Shown: positions 1 to 12,517 of the stretch, in pieces | Layout of the letters: every line of letters begins with the position of its first letter | Numbering within the stretch: position 1 is the first letter of the stretch | Origin: Macrostomum hystrix | Lineage: Eukaryota; Animalia; Platyhelminthes | Direction: 5' to 3' | Length of the DNA: 64,000 nucleotides | NCBI GenBank assembly: GCA_950097015.1 | Contig: CATNEN010000025.1 | Location: 1,612,001-1,676,000 of the forward strand | Program-made: the position numbers and the translations under genes | Notes under the pieces: generated by a model | The model's input: only the letters and a program-made list of their open reading frames with translations | What the model was told of the DNA's origin: nothing | Databases searched by the model: none

Positions 1-145
1 GAGATCAGGAGCAATGACCAACTAATAGACTGGGAGATCAGGAGTAATGACCAACTAGACTGGGAGATCAGGAGCAATGACCAACTAATAGACTGGGAGA
101 TCAGGAGTAATGACCAACTAGACTGGGAGATCAGGTGTAATGACC
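1..145. repeat. Minisatellite, about 28-32 bp unit (GACTGGGAGATCAGGAG[C/T]AATGACCAACTA), in a ZSWIM8 intron
   Basis: Directly visible tandem units, truncated by the window edge. Confidence 0.85.
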
Positions 146-183
146 AAGAAGCCAATGAAACCAGTCGTTATACGATAACTCAC

Positions 184-3100
184 AGCTTGTGCAGGCGGCT
201 GGTGAGTTTAACAATCTCAGACTGAGTAGAGTGAGAGGCAGGCGAACTCTGCGAGTAGGCTGTGACTTGCCGGATGATCTGTTCCAAGACGTCAGGCATG
301 TGGATGCAGCCCAGCACTAGGGTGCAATAATCCACTACGGCTTTGTAATCAAGCCGAACTGCCACAGACAATGCCCATTGTACTTCGCCACCGTACTGAT
401 TATTGGGCCCGAATCTGGAATTGTCGCGACTGCTGCTGTTAAACAGCTGGGCATCGTTGCGGCTTGTTGGCGACTGGTAGAACGCCTTCATGGCTCTCAG
501 GGCGCAGTTGAAAGCGTTCTCCAGGTATTGGCGCGACTTTGTAGACGCCTGAGTAGCCTGCTGCTGCTGCTGTTGCTGCTGCCTAGCCGCATGCGCTGCT
601 AGCTGCTGTTGCTGCTGCTGCTGCTGCGGTTGCTGCTGGATAGCCAGTCGAGCGGCCATGTGATGATGATGATGATGCGCAGGCGGAGGTACAAATGTAC
701 CAATTAGGCCCTGCGGAATCTGAGCCGGATTCCACAGATTGGGATGAGGCCCGCCAACCTGCGACTGGGCTGCCGCGCCCGGCGGAGGCGTATTGGCAAA
801 AAAGTGCGCCTGCGGCGGAGGCCTGGCTGGCGAATAGAACGGAGCAGAGTGCGGCGGCGGCGGAGGCGGCATGTGGTGGCTGAAAGGCCCGGCCTGGTAG
901 AGGCTGGGATGATGAGGCGGATACATCGGACCTGGCGGCGGCATAGCGGCGTATTGGGCGGCAACCGACTGCGGCGTCACTGGCGGCGGTGGCTGCTGCT
1001 GAGGCGGAACCGGCGGCGGCTGCGACTGCCAGTAGGCGGCGGATGTCATCACTGAGGGATCGGCCGACTGCGGCTGCGGCGGCTGCGGAATTGCTGGCTG
1101 CGGCGGCATCCGAGCAGCCGCTGCTGAAGCTGAACGCTGCTGATGCAGAGTCTGCTGAGCAGTGCTCGCTGGCAGTGAAGATTCGTACAACTCGTACCAC
1201 TGCTTGGCCACCTATGTTTCGGATTCAATGGCAGAAGCTAGAAACGAAACCTAATCCAGGGGAACTAAATTAAGTGTCTTTTGAAGCTGGTTTATAATAT
1301 GGGATTCGAACTCCAGACTGAAACCGGTATAGTTAAATATAGAATTAATGATTAAAAAGGATGACAGCTAACCTGAAACAGAACCGTAGGGTGGACACCG
1401 CCGGCCATCTTCTTAGCCGATGCGTCGACAGCGTACAGGCCCTTCTCGAGCACCTCCAGGCTCTGATCTTTGCACTGGTCTAGGCAGCGGCGAATCTCTT
1501 GCGGATTGAGCGTGTGCGCCTCGTGCAGGCAGTCCAGGCACAGCTGGGCGGCCACAGCGCAGATGCCCTGGTCACGATTGCGGGCCACCTTGTCCGCTGG
1601 AATTCGGGTGAGAGTGGCCGACTTATATGAGAGCTGCCTGTAGTCGAGGAGAAGAACATGGAAGGGGGGAGAACATGGAAGGGGAGAAGAACTGGGAACT
1701 GGGAAGAACAGGAGCTGGGAAGACCAGAAGCTGGGAAGAACAGGGAACTGGAAAAAATAGGAGCTGGGAAGACCAGGGAGCTGGGAACAACAGGGAACTG
1801 GAAAAAATAGGAGCTGGGAAGACCAGGGAGCTGGGAACAACAGGAGCTGGGAACAACAGGAGCTGGGAAGAACAGGAGCTGGGAAGAACAGGAGCTGGGA
1901 AGAACAGGAGCTGGGAAGAACAGGAGCTGGGAAGAACAGGAGCTGGGAAGAACAGGAGCTGGGAAGAACAGGAGCTGGGAAGAACAGGAGCTGGGAAGAA
2001 CAGGAGCTGGGAAGAACAGGAGCTGGGAAGAACAGGAGCTGGGAAGAACAGGAGCTGGGAAGAACAGGAGCTGGGAAGAACAGGAGCTGGGAAGACCAGG
2101 GAGCTGAGAACAACAGGAGCTGGGAAGAACAGGAGCTGGGAAGAACAGGAGCTGGGAAGAACAGGAGCTAAGAAGAACACAGGAGCTGGGAAGAACAGGA
2201 GCTGGGAAGAACAGGAGCTGGGAAAAACAGGAGCTGGGAAGAACAGGAGCTAAGAAGAACACAGGAGCTGGGAAGAACAGGAGCTGGGAAGAACAGGAGC
2301 TGGGAAGAACAGGAGCTGGGAAAAATAGGGAACTGGGAAGAACAGGAGCTAAGAAGAACACAGGAGCTGGGAAGAACAGGAGCTGGGAAGAACAGGAGCT
2401 GGGAAAAACAGGAGCTGGGAACAACAGGAGCTGGGAACAACAGGAGCTGGGAAGAACAGGAGCTGGGAAGAACAGGAGCTGGGAAGAACAGGAGCTAAGA
2501 AGAACACAGGAGCTGGGAAGAACAGGAGCTGGGAAGAACAGGAGCTGGGAAGAACAGGAGCTGGGAAGAACAGGAGCTGGGAAGAACAGGAGCTGGGAAA
2601 AATAGGGAACTGGGAAGAACAGGAGCTGGGAAGAACAGGGAAGTGGGGAAGAACAGTGAAGTGGGGAAGAACAGGGTAACCGAAATGCGAGAAAAGGGGA
2701 AAATCTAACGAGTGGGGTGGAAATAAAGAATCGACAGTAGGAAAATGGGATGAACAGACTAATTGTAGCACGAGAAGAATACTTAAAAGTAAAATCGTAT
2801 AAACCAAAAATAGAAAGCAGAGAAGCAAATACTCACCAATAACGGCCACCTCAGGCGGGGTGAGGTGCTGGCGCCAAGTGACAAGCAGAATGGACAGGGC
2901 AGCAGTGCCAACCTCAGTAACCACATTCTGTATCCAGCTAACATGCGAAGAATAAGTTCTAATCTGCCAGGAGTTATTCACGCAATTGTACAGTCCCAGG
3001 GCGTACAGGCCAACCTGGAACGCGGCCAGCTGTAGGTAGCGATGCGGTCCATTATTGCCGCCAGTCGGGTCCTGTTGAAACACTGGAACAGACGCGGCGC

Positions 3101-6100
3101 TGCCGCCAGCTTTGTGCTGTAGAGCCTTGGCCAGCTCAAACATATGATGCGCCAGGGCCTCTGTTGGCTTGTTGGGCTCCGGCGGCGGACCTGCGCTAGC
3201 TGCGGCCACAGCGGCTGCCGCGGCAGCTGCCGCAGCTGCGGCGGCGGCAGAGCTGGATGACGGAGTAGCCGAAGATGATGCCAGTTTGCCGATTGCGTAG
3301 GGGGAAGATTGCTTCGACTGTTGCGACTGCTGTTGTTGCTGCTGCTGCTGCGGCTGCTGCAGTCTGAATTGCAGGAAAAAGTTTAGCTGTTTTAAACATG
3401 CTATTTAAGCGATCAATACAAACACTGTCTAACAATTGAACTACCAAAAAGGGGGATTTTTCCAAGGACAATGACAATTTTTGTGCTGCACCCGAACGGA
3501 GCAACGCAAGCACATAAAACTCAAGAACACGGGCCAAATTTTTGTTGCGCATCTTCTGAAACACGAATCAAGTCACCATCTCCATCTTCGGTGGTCACCT
3601 ACCTTTATCTAGACGGATTTGCTGGACCTTCAAGGGCTACAACAGGTGGAAATAGGCCACTATGGACACCCTGCCGCGAAATTTTTCCAATTCACTGAAC
3701 AAGCCTAAATATTAGGCGCAACTCAACCACAGGACACCATCGCCTAGTCTGTCAACCAATCAGTCACCACCACGCATTGCACGACAAGACCCCAAACCTT
3801 CTCCTCGCGCCTGCACCCTAAATGAATGTGGCCTCGCCTTGGAATCGAGCTTAGGAATATTCGTGCGAGAGGCAAACGCGTTAGACTCATCACCCCCTAA
3901 GACAGTCTTACCTGTGATTTGGTACACGACCTGCGTGACCATTGCCAGATTGCTGTTGCGCCTGCGTTAGTCTCTGCTGCTGCGGCTGCTGCTGCGGCTG
4001 CTGCTGCGGCTGCTGGCGCAAGGACAGACTTTCAGAGTCCGAGCTTTGACAGTCAGAATCAACACGCTGCATTGGCTGCTGCTGCTGCTGCTGCCAACCC
4101 GCTGTGTATCGCCGATGCATAGTTGGACTATTGTCCGAGGACGTGGTCTCCGGAGCCGAACTGTCCAGGGTGCATCGGCCTCGAGGTGGTACTGTGGTTT
4201 TTAGGCGCATGCAGCGCAGCTTTGTGTCCATCTGTGGGTTCGGGTTGGTAATGAATTTATAATATCAACAGCTCATTTTCTAGGCCCTCAGTCCATGATC
4301 TTCCGTGCTAATACGCAACGCCAATCCGCAAAGGTTGAGCGAAAACGCACTAAGCAGAACACTCATCCCTCAGTGATAATGCGATAAACCCAGCCACTAA
4401 TCCCTCAGTGATAATGCGATAAACCCAGCCACTAATCTCTCAGTGATAATGCGATAAACCCAGCCACTAATCCCTCAGTGATAATGCGATAAACCCAGCC
4501 ACTAATCCCTCAGTGATAATGCGATAAACCCAGCCACTAATCCCTCAGTGATAATGCGATAAACCCAGCCACTAATCTCTCAGTGATAATGCGATAAACC
4601 CAACCACTAATCCCTCAGTGATAATATGATAAACCCAGCCACTAATCCCTCAGTGATAATGCGATAAACCCAGCCACTAATCCCTCAGTGATAATGCGAT
4701 AAACCCAGCCACTAATCCCTCAGTGATAATGCGATAAACCTAATCACTAATCCCTCAGTGATAATGCGATAAACCCAACCACTAATCCCTCAGTGATAAT
4801 GCGATAAACCCAGCCACTAATCTGTCAGTGATAATATGATAAACCCAGCCACTAATCTCTCAGTGATAATGCGATAAACCCAGCCACTAATCCCTCAGTG
4901 ATAATATGATAAACCCAGCCACTAATCCCTCAGTGATAATGCGATAAACCCAGCCACTAATCCCTCAGTGATAATGCGATAAACCCAGCCACTAATCCCT
5001 CAGTGATAATGCGATAAACCCAGCCACTAATCCCTCAGTGATAATGCGATAAACCCAACCACTAATCCCTCAGTGATAATGCGATAAACCCAGCCACTAA
5101 TCTGTCAGTGATAATATGATAAACCCAGTCACTAATCTGTCAGTGATAATCTGATAAACCCAGCCACTAATCTGTCAGTGATAATCCGATAACCACAGTC
5201 ACTAATCTGTCAGTGATAATCCGATAAACACAGTCATTAATCTGTCAGTGATAATCCGATAAACACAGTCATTAATCTGTCAGTGATAATCCGATAAACA
5301 CAGTCATTAATCTGTCAGTGATAATCCGATTAACCCATTCACTAATCCCTCATTGATAATCCGATAAACCGAGTCACTAATCTGTCAGTGATAATCCGAT
5401 AAACACAGTCACTAATCCCTCATTGATAATCCGATAAACCGAGTCACTAATCTGTCAGTGATAATCCGATAAACACAGTCACTAATCTGTCAGTGATAAT
5501 CCGATAAACATAGTCATTAATCTGTCAGTGATAATCCGATAAACACAGTCATTAATCTGTCAGTGATAATCCGATAAACACAGTCACTAATCTGTCAGTG
5601 ATAATCCGATAAACACAGTCACTAATCTGTCAGTGATAATCCGATTAACCCATTCACTAATCCCTATTTGATAATCCGATAAACCGAGTCACTAATTGCT
5701 CAGTGACAATCCGATAAACCCAATCATTAATGTCAGTTATAATCCGATAATACCAGTCGCTAATCTCTTAGTGATAATCCGATAAAACCAACCATTAACC
5801 TGTCATTGATAAACTGCTAATCCGTCAGTGTTAATCCCAAAGCACTAATACCAGACGCCTCACTTCTCATCTAATTTCCACATCCGTTATCCCTCAGAGC
5901 TGATCCACGACTCATTCACTGAGCATTTGTCAAAGATGCTTACCTCAGAGTCATCATCCAGCGCACTACTACTGTCAGCTCCCTCATCTGGCAGTTGGCC
6001 ATTGTTGCTATTGGCTCCGTTGCTAAGCGACCGTTGATAGGAGGACACGGCGGAGGCGCCACACGATGTTGCACCAGCGGTGTTAGCTGACGAATCGATG

Positions 6101-6199
6101 GCAACTGAAGTGTCCATTGTAGAAGACGACGCTGAAGCCGCAGCAGCCGCGGCCGCAGCAGCTGCAGCAGCGGCAGCCGCAGCCGCCGCCGCAGCGGCT

Positions 6200-6231
<32 letters not shown>

Positions 6232-9200
6232 TTGCTGCAACTGGTACTGCAAGAGTTGCTGCTGTTGCAATTGCTGCTGCTGCTGTTGGTCCTTGTCAGC
6301 CCAGGCCAGCAGCTGGGAATGGGTGAGGCTCAGGCACAGGTTAAGCGGTGGAGCGCGGAAATTCGGATTAACCGATCGGTCCAGCAGGCGGTCAAGAACG
6401 TCAGACAGGCGCGCCAAGTCGTCCTTATAGGCGCAGATCAGCAGAGTGGCCAAGTCGTTCTTCTGCCGGCGCTGGCCTTCAACTAGAAGCGGATGCTCGT
6501 GCTCGGAGACGCGCGGACGCATCGACAGGGCGGCTAGGGCGGTGCGAAAGCCCAATTTTTCGTCATCCGAATTGCCCGTACGCAGTAACTCGAAGATGTA
6601 CTGGGCCAGCACAATGGGCAGCGTGGTGCGCGGCTCCGGCTTGATCACACCAGTGGATAGGTCGATGATTGTGCGAGCCTTTGTGCGCAAAGTCTCCCTG
6701 GGAATCGGATGAGGAAGCGTATGAATGGGATTTTAGAATTTATAATTGATTGTTAACGCGTTTGCCTCTCGCGTCAAAGTCCCGAAGTTAGATTCCGCGG
6801 CGAGGCACCTTTTTTCGGGATGACGCGGAGAGAAGGCTTGGTGGCTTGTCGTGCAATTTACGAAAAGAGGGCCAACCTCTAAGGCACAGTGAGAGTGTAC
6901 ACTGCCTGACGATGAGAAAGTCAGAGCAGATGTACACACCTGTGTGAGCGTGTGCCTGCGTACAGTATCTGTGTGCGTGTGTGCTCAGGAGTCAGCTGAA
7001 TGGGCAGAATTGCCTCCTCGCTGGCTGCGGGTCTAGTGTCACCATACGATGTGCTAATGCCCGCAGCCCTCCTGCAAATGTTATTATTATTAACACATAA
7101 TTCTCTATTATTCAACAATTGACAGTATACCAGACCTCTTGGTACAAAAAATCTACCTGGAGGCGGTGTGACTCTTTGAAGACTTCAACACCTGATAGAG
7201 TTCGTGCTCCTGATTGAGCAGCTTAACTTCCAGAGCTCGAATTCTAGACGGCGCCCGCGATAGCGACAGTACATGAACGCATAGGCGAAATCTGAGACCG
7301 TCTGGCTCGTCAGGCAGTAGACTGCTCAAGAAGATGGCTTGAGCTATCATGGTCGAGTACATCTGAGCCACATCTGTGTGAACCTGCTGATCGGCTTGGT
7401 AAAGCAGATTCTGCTGTTGCTGCTGTTGCTGCTTCTTGGCTTTACCACCGCCTTTGCCCTGCTTCTGGGACTTTCCGCCGGCTCCGCCGCCAGCGCCGCC
7501 TCCACTGCCGCCGGCGCCATCGAATCGCACTAGGAGTGCAGCGGTGCTAGCACGCAGTACTCGATCATATTCAGCGGCTACAGTGTCCGATAGTAGCTTG
7601 TTAGCCAGGCAGCGGGCTAACTGGGCAGCCTCCCTAGCGTAGCCGTGAGCGTGCAAAGCTTCGCAACGGTTGAATAGCAGATTGTGCTGTATGAGTAGCT
7701 CGGCAGAGTAGGGCCTGGATGGCGCTGAGGTTGCGGCTGAGCTCATGCCCGCCGCACGTGGACGGCCTACAGTTGTAGAGGCCGGCATTGCGAATTGTTG
7801 TTGACTAGCCGAGCAAGAGGCGGACAACGAATCGTCAGACTGTTGGACTGCTGAATCGGCTGGATTAAATGGGGCGGCGGCCACTGGGTTAAAACAGGAA
7901 AATGAAATAAGGATTGATTTATTATGCATTGAGCTGTCTAAACGTTTGCCTCTCGCACCAAGATCTCTGAGCTCGATTGCGCGGCAAGGCAGCATTCATT
8001 TGGGGAGCAGCCGCGGAGAGAAGGCTTGAGGGGCTTGTCGTGCAATTTACGCCCTTGAGGGCCATCCTCAGCGCACAGTGAGAGTGTACACTGTCTGACG
8101 ATGAGAAAGTCAGGGCAGATGTACACACCTGTGTGAGTTTGTGCTCAGGAGTCAGAGAAATGGGCAGAATTGACTCCACTCTGGCTGCGGGTCTGTTGAC
8201 ACTAAATAATGTGCTGGTGCCCACAGCCGTCCTGCAGTTCCTAAAAAAGAATATTCTAACGATCCTTTAGTATACTTTATTAAATAAAGAATTCTAAAAA
8301 TACTTCATAGTAACTATTCTTTTAAAAGAATAAGGTTTTAAAGGAAATTTGTGCCTACCAGGCATAATTTACAATAGCCTATTTACCTATGTCACGCATG
8401 TCGCTAAATCCTTCGCTAGATGACGACCTCTGCTCAGGCAGTTGCTGCTGCTGCTGCTGTTGCTGGTGTTGCAGAACATGCTGCTGCTGCTGCTGCTGCT
8501 TCCTAGACTTGTGCCTAGTCCGTTTACCTCCGCCGCAAGCAGGGTGACTGCCAGCAATGGCCGAGGAGTTTGTAAAAACGCCACTTGCAGAAGCAACAGC
8601 AGCGGCAGCCACCGCCGCTGCGGCAGCCACAGCCGCAGGACCGCCGGCGGATAGTGTCGAAGACAAGGTTGGTAAGTCGAAGTTGTCCCAGGACACTTGG
8701 CAGGCGTCGATTGCAGCCTTGAAGCCTGGGAACATGTCGAGATCGCGCGGTCTAACGCTAGACGATGCCGCTGAAATGAAAGGTTGAGTATTGAATGCTG
8801 ACACGCGGTGAACATGAAAGTTCAGAAGGGGACCCTGAAGGTCAGAATGAACGCTCACACAGGTGTCTAAATCTGCCCTGACTTTCTTATCGTCAGTTAG
8901 TGGGCACTCTTACTGTGCCTTGGAGGTTGGCCCTTAATACGAGAAGTATTACTACTAGTAGTAGAAAGTCCACGGGGGAGCTATGGGATGGGATGGGATC
9001 AGTAGGATCTATGGCATTGGGGATCAGTAGGAGCTATGGGATGGGATGGGATCAGTAGGATCTATGGCATTGGTGATCAGTAGGAGCTATGGGATGGGAT
9101 GGGATCAGTAGGATCTATGGCATTGAAGATCAGTAGGAGCTATGGGATGGGATGGGATCAGTAGGATCTATGGCATTGAAGATCAGTAGGAGCTATGGGA

Positions 9201-12200
9201 TGGGATGGGATCAGTAGGATCTATGGCATTGGGGATCAGTGGGGTATATCAAAGACCCACATTTTTTACATCTCCCTAAATATTCAACCTATCGCAATAA
9301 AAATTCAGAACATGGGCTAAAATTTTCCGCTTTATCTGATAAAACAACTTCCAGAATCACACAACATCGACATCTTCAAGATATTCAACGACTTTCGTCG
9401 GGTTGTCGGGCTTTCTACTGTTAGGGTATAAATTGCACACCAATTAATGCTGCCTCGCTGCGGAATCGAGCTCAAAAGGACCGCTCTGCCACTCTCTATT
9501 GAAGACGCAATTCGACACAATGTAGAGTGGACATAATAAAGTGGACATTATTAGACGCAAAAGAACTGTTTGGCCTCACCATTTGAGGCTGAGCGGGCCC
9601 GCTGTACAAAGGCCAGCACTTCGTCGTGATAGTGGCGCAGCTGCTGCTCCAGGTTGGTGCGCTGTCGCCGCGACAGCCTTGGATCCATGGCGGCCAGACG
9701 CCATACGTTGACTAACTCGTCGCAGAATGAAGCGACAGCAAATTGTACATGCGGCGCACTCAGACTAGCAGCCGGGAATCGCACAGTCTGGTTGTAGGCG
9801 GTGAACAGCTTCGTGACAAACCAGGCCAAGACGGCCGGCTCACAGCGGAGGACCTCCTCCGTGACGCCGGTTAGAAGGGTGTGCGCGTTGCTGTCACGGC
9901 GGCGAAGCAGTTCGCGGCCAATCTGTAGGAGATTCCAGACACCCTCGGGTTCTCGACTGCGCAACGGTTTCAGCAGGTTCAGATAGTCCTGCACCGGCGC
10001 CGGCTGGTTGCTGTTGAGATAGTGCGGATCGCTCAGCACAACTGGCTGGGGTGAGCAGAACTTTCTAAGAATGTTGCTCACATTCTCCTGCAGGCGAGCT
10101 ACGTCAACGTACCTGTGTGTTGAGTATTTTCGAGGCGATAAAGGGATAATAAAATCGGAATATGAACAGCGGAAAAAACTGATCGAAAATATGGGATTGT
10201 GACTCTGTGAGTAAACCAATCAAAACGCACAAAAAAGTGTCAGCCAATCAAAGCACTCAGAGGGGTAGAATTTTAGTCAATCGAAAAACACAGTTGGAAG
10301 ATTTCAGGCAATCAAAATACAGGCATGGAGTTACAGCCAATCAAAATAGGCACCCCTACACTTTGGGAGTTCCCTAATCAGCAGGCCAAACCGCAGCTCC
10401 CAGTCACACTCACCATCTGCTTATGTCTGTCAGTGAGGCACCAGCAGTTGGATCAGGCGCACCAGGCGAGTCGCGAATCTCGTTAAACTCTGCAGATTTA
10501 GACAGCAGATTATCCAACAACTGCTGGGCTGTTGGCAGTATATCGGTCGGATTTAGCGAAGACAGTAGAAACTGGGCAAATTTTCTGAGCTGCATTGGCT
10601 GCAGAGTGTTCAGGGTCTCGCTAATTGGTGCATTCATTGGCACCGAGTCGGCATTCTTTACCCGATGCAGGCAAACAGCGACCACATGCTGGCACCAGAC
10701 TTTATTAGTGGAGCCACATGAACAGGAACACTTGACAATGCGGCAGCGATCAAAGGATAGAGCCACTTTGCACTGCGTAGCAGGCATCGAACAGTTATTA
10801 ACACCTGGACATTTGGCCACCTTGGCCAAGATTTGAAAGCCAATCTGGATGCAATCAGTGACAGCATTCTGTTTGAATAGCTCTTCACCCTGTGTGAACT
10901 CTTCATTTGAGCCTGTTGCTAAGCAGCAGTATAGTCTGATGTCATCTTCGCTGTCAGGGAATGAATAGAATGAAATTTTTAATTGCAGCTCCTCTGGCAC
11001 TGGGGGCTGGTGAGTTTCAACTAGTTCGAATGGCAACTTCTGAGCAATTACTTTAGTGCAGAGGCTGGTCAGCTTGGAAACATTGCGATCTGTGTTGGGA
11101 TTGGGTTAGGGTGAAAGAAATATGCATTTAGGATTTCCTTTTAAATATATATCTGTTTTACTATATATTTAAAAAAACATCAAATCAGTTATTAAAATGG
11201 ATTAATATAATAATCTATATAAGCATGCAGATGCAGACACCTTAATAGTCACTAACAAAAGTAGCTTATCTAGAACAATTTTTGAGTGAACGTTGTAGCT
11301 CAAATGTAAGTCAGATTATTAAAAGAGTCTACATACATTTTTCAGCTTTTTTATTCATTGGCCAGGCTTAAAATGTATCTTAATTGAGAATCATACATTA
11401 ATCAAAATAACAAAGACAAGAGAGCAAGTTGAATAAAAGTAAACAGTAAAAACTTAAAATTAAATAAGAAAACTAATTATAATTATATAACTGCCCATCA
11501 AGATTTGAAACTTCAAATGTCTAGTACACATAGAAAACTAAAATTTAAAATAACAGACCTTCTACCTGTTCAGATTTTTTCCCTTCAAAACTCCAGTTTA
11601 GTTCATAAGAATCATAGAAAGTTTGTGGTCTTTACCACTCACTAACTACTCTATAATAAATATAATGCATAATATTTTAATTACTTAATTTTTAGTTCCT
11701 GAGGTCAAGAAATTTTCATGCAAATAAAATTAGATTTTAAAATGTTTATTATTAATAACTATCTATTTTTAGCTTACCTCTTCAGAACCCAGCAGTAGCT
11801 AGCCTTGCTGGGTCTATCTAATGCAATATATTAGTTGCTTGGCATGATTCCAGCGGAATAACTTATTGGCTATATCTTGGCCTAATTAATTTAACATTAA
11901 AATATTCTCAACTGTCGAGTTAGAAATTCAAGGTATTAAAAATTAGGTAGTTGTTATTTGTCCGGTTAACCGGACAAATAGCCATTTGGTTATTCGTCTG
12001 ACATGAATATATTTAAATTGAATATATGCATCATCAAACCTACCTTCGCATCTAGTTCCATGACGATCGCCTTGCCACTTACTACTAGTCTTTCTCCACC
12101 CTCGCCAATTAAAAGGTACAAAACTGCTTTCACTGTTATACGAGCATACAGAATCATCATCAAATCTGTCACTATCCTCAAAATCCAGGTCCACATCCCT

Positions 12201-12218
12201 GGAATTATTGGATGTCAT
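184..12218 (-). CDS. ZSWIM8: ZSWIM8 / EBAX-1 / Dora-like SWIM zinc-finger cullin-RING ligase substrate adaptor; spliced, 3' end runs off the window
   Basis: Exons read by hand with GT-AG junctions and consistent phases: 12218-12044, 11089-10414, 10112-9580, 8770-8387, 7883-7157, 6697-5944, 4231-3912, 3363-2837, 1596-1373, 1211-184 (about 1782 codons so far). Family motifs recognised: N-terminal FEDSDRFDDDSVCS..NWRGWRK, PVPEELQLKISFYSFPDSEDDIRLYCCLA, SWIM finger CSCSC..WCQH, GAPDPTAG, LRSREPEGVWNLL, RTYSSHVSWI, HLTPPEVA. Confidence 0.93.
1650..2670. repeat. 16-bp minisatellite (GGAGCTGGGAAGAACA)n in the ZSWIM8 intron between exons 8 and 9
   Basis: Dozens of near-identical units; source of the spurious ORFs at 1352-2440. 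Confidence 0.95.
3577..3765. repeat. Dispersed repeat family 3, copy 1 (about 190 bp)
   Basis: Closely matches 20562-20786 (shared blocks GACCTTCAAGGGCTACAACAGGTGGAA and AAGCCTAAATATTAGGCGCA..CTAGTCTGTCAACCAATCAGTC). Confidence 0.8.
3776..3897 (-). mobile_element. SINE family 1, 5' head fragment
   Basis: Reverse complement matches the first ~120 bp of the full copy at 53431. Confidence 0.75.
4365..5830. repeat. 35-bp minisatellite (TAATCCCTCAGTGATAATGCGATAAACCCAGCCAC)n
   Basis: About 40 tandem units in a ZSWIM8 intron; the unit variant changes around 5100. Confidence 0.95.
6752..7092 (+). mobile_element. SINE family 1 copy (lacks the extreme 5' end)
   Basis: Colinear with 53431-53793; ends in a (TTA)n tail; lies in a ZSWIM8 intron. 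Confidence 0.85.
7941..8237 (+). mobile_element. SINE family 1 copy
   Basis: Colinear with the 53431 copy, with a small internal deletion; intronic. Confidence 0.8.
8851..8935 (-). mobile_element. SINE family 1 internal fragment
   Basis: Reverse complement of the GGCCAACCTCCAAGGCACAGT..GACGATAAGAAAGTCAGGGCAGAT block. Confidence 0.7.
8970..9243. repeat. Composite minisatellite (alternating GATCAGTAGGAGCTATGGGATGGGATGG and GATCAGTAGGATCTATGGCATTG subunits)
   Basis: Visible higher-order tandem repeat in a ZSWIM8 intron. Confidence 0.85.
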
Positions 12219-12517
12219 TCCAGGCAATAGGTCGCTTTCTTTTAGTTAGGATGCTTTAATGACAAAACAGCTGATGGAATGTAATACAGTTTGCAGCACA
12301 AAGACGGAAATTCTAAAAATAAAATGTTTATAGTAGAAAAAAATTAAGAGTTTTCTTATTTAGCAAAAAAGAAAAAGAGAACTTTCAGCCACTTTCGAAG
12401 CAAAACTTTTTAAGTTTGGTTGATTATCATTGCTACTTTTTAAGTACCGTAGCCACTGCGACTTAAAAATTTGTTTATTTTATCTAACCGAACGCGATAT
12501 TAATATCTATAATATCT

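Noticed and set aside
6080-6486. Poly-Cys and poly-Leu ORFs on the plus strand
   Set aside because: Antisense shadows of the ZSWIM8 poly-Gln/poly-Ala exon.
11775-11882. Candidate extra ZSWIM8 exon with AG and GTAAG boundaries
   Set aside because: Contains stop codons in all three frames, and exon 1 joins 11089 in phase without it.
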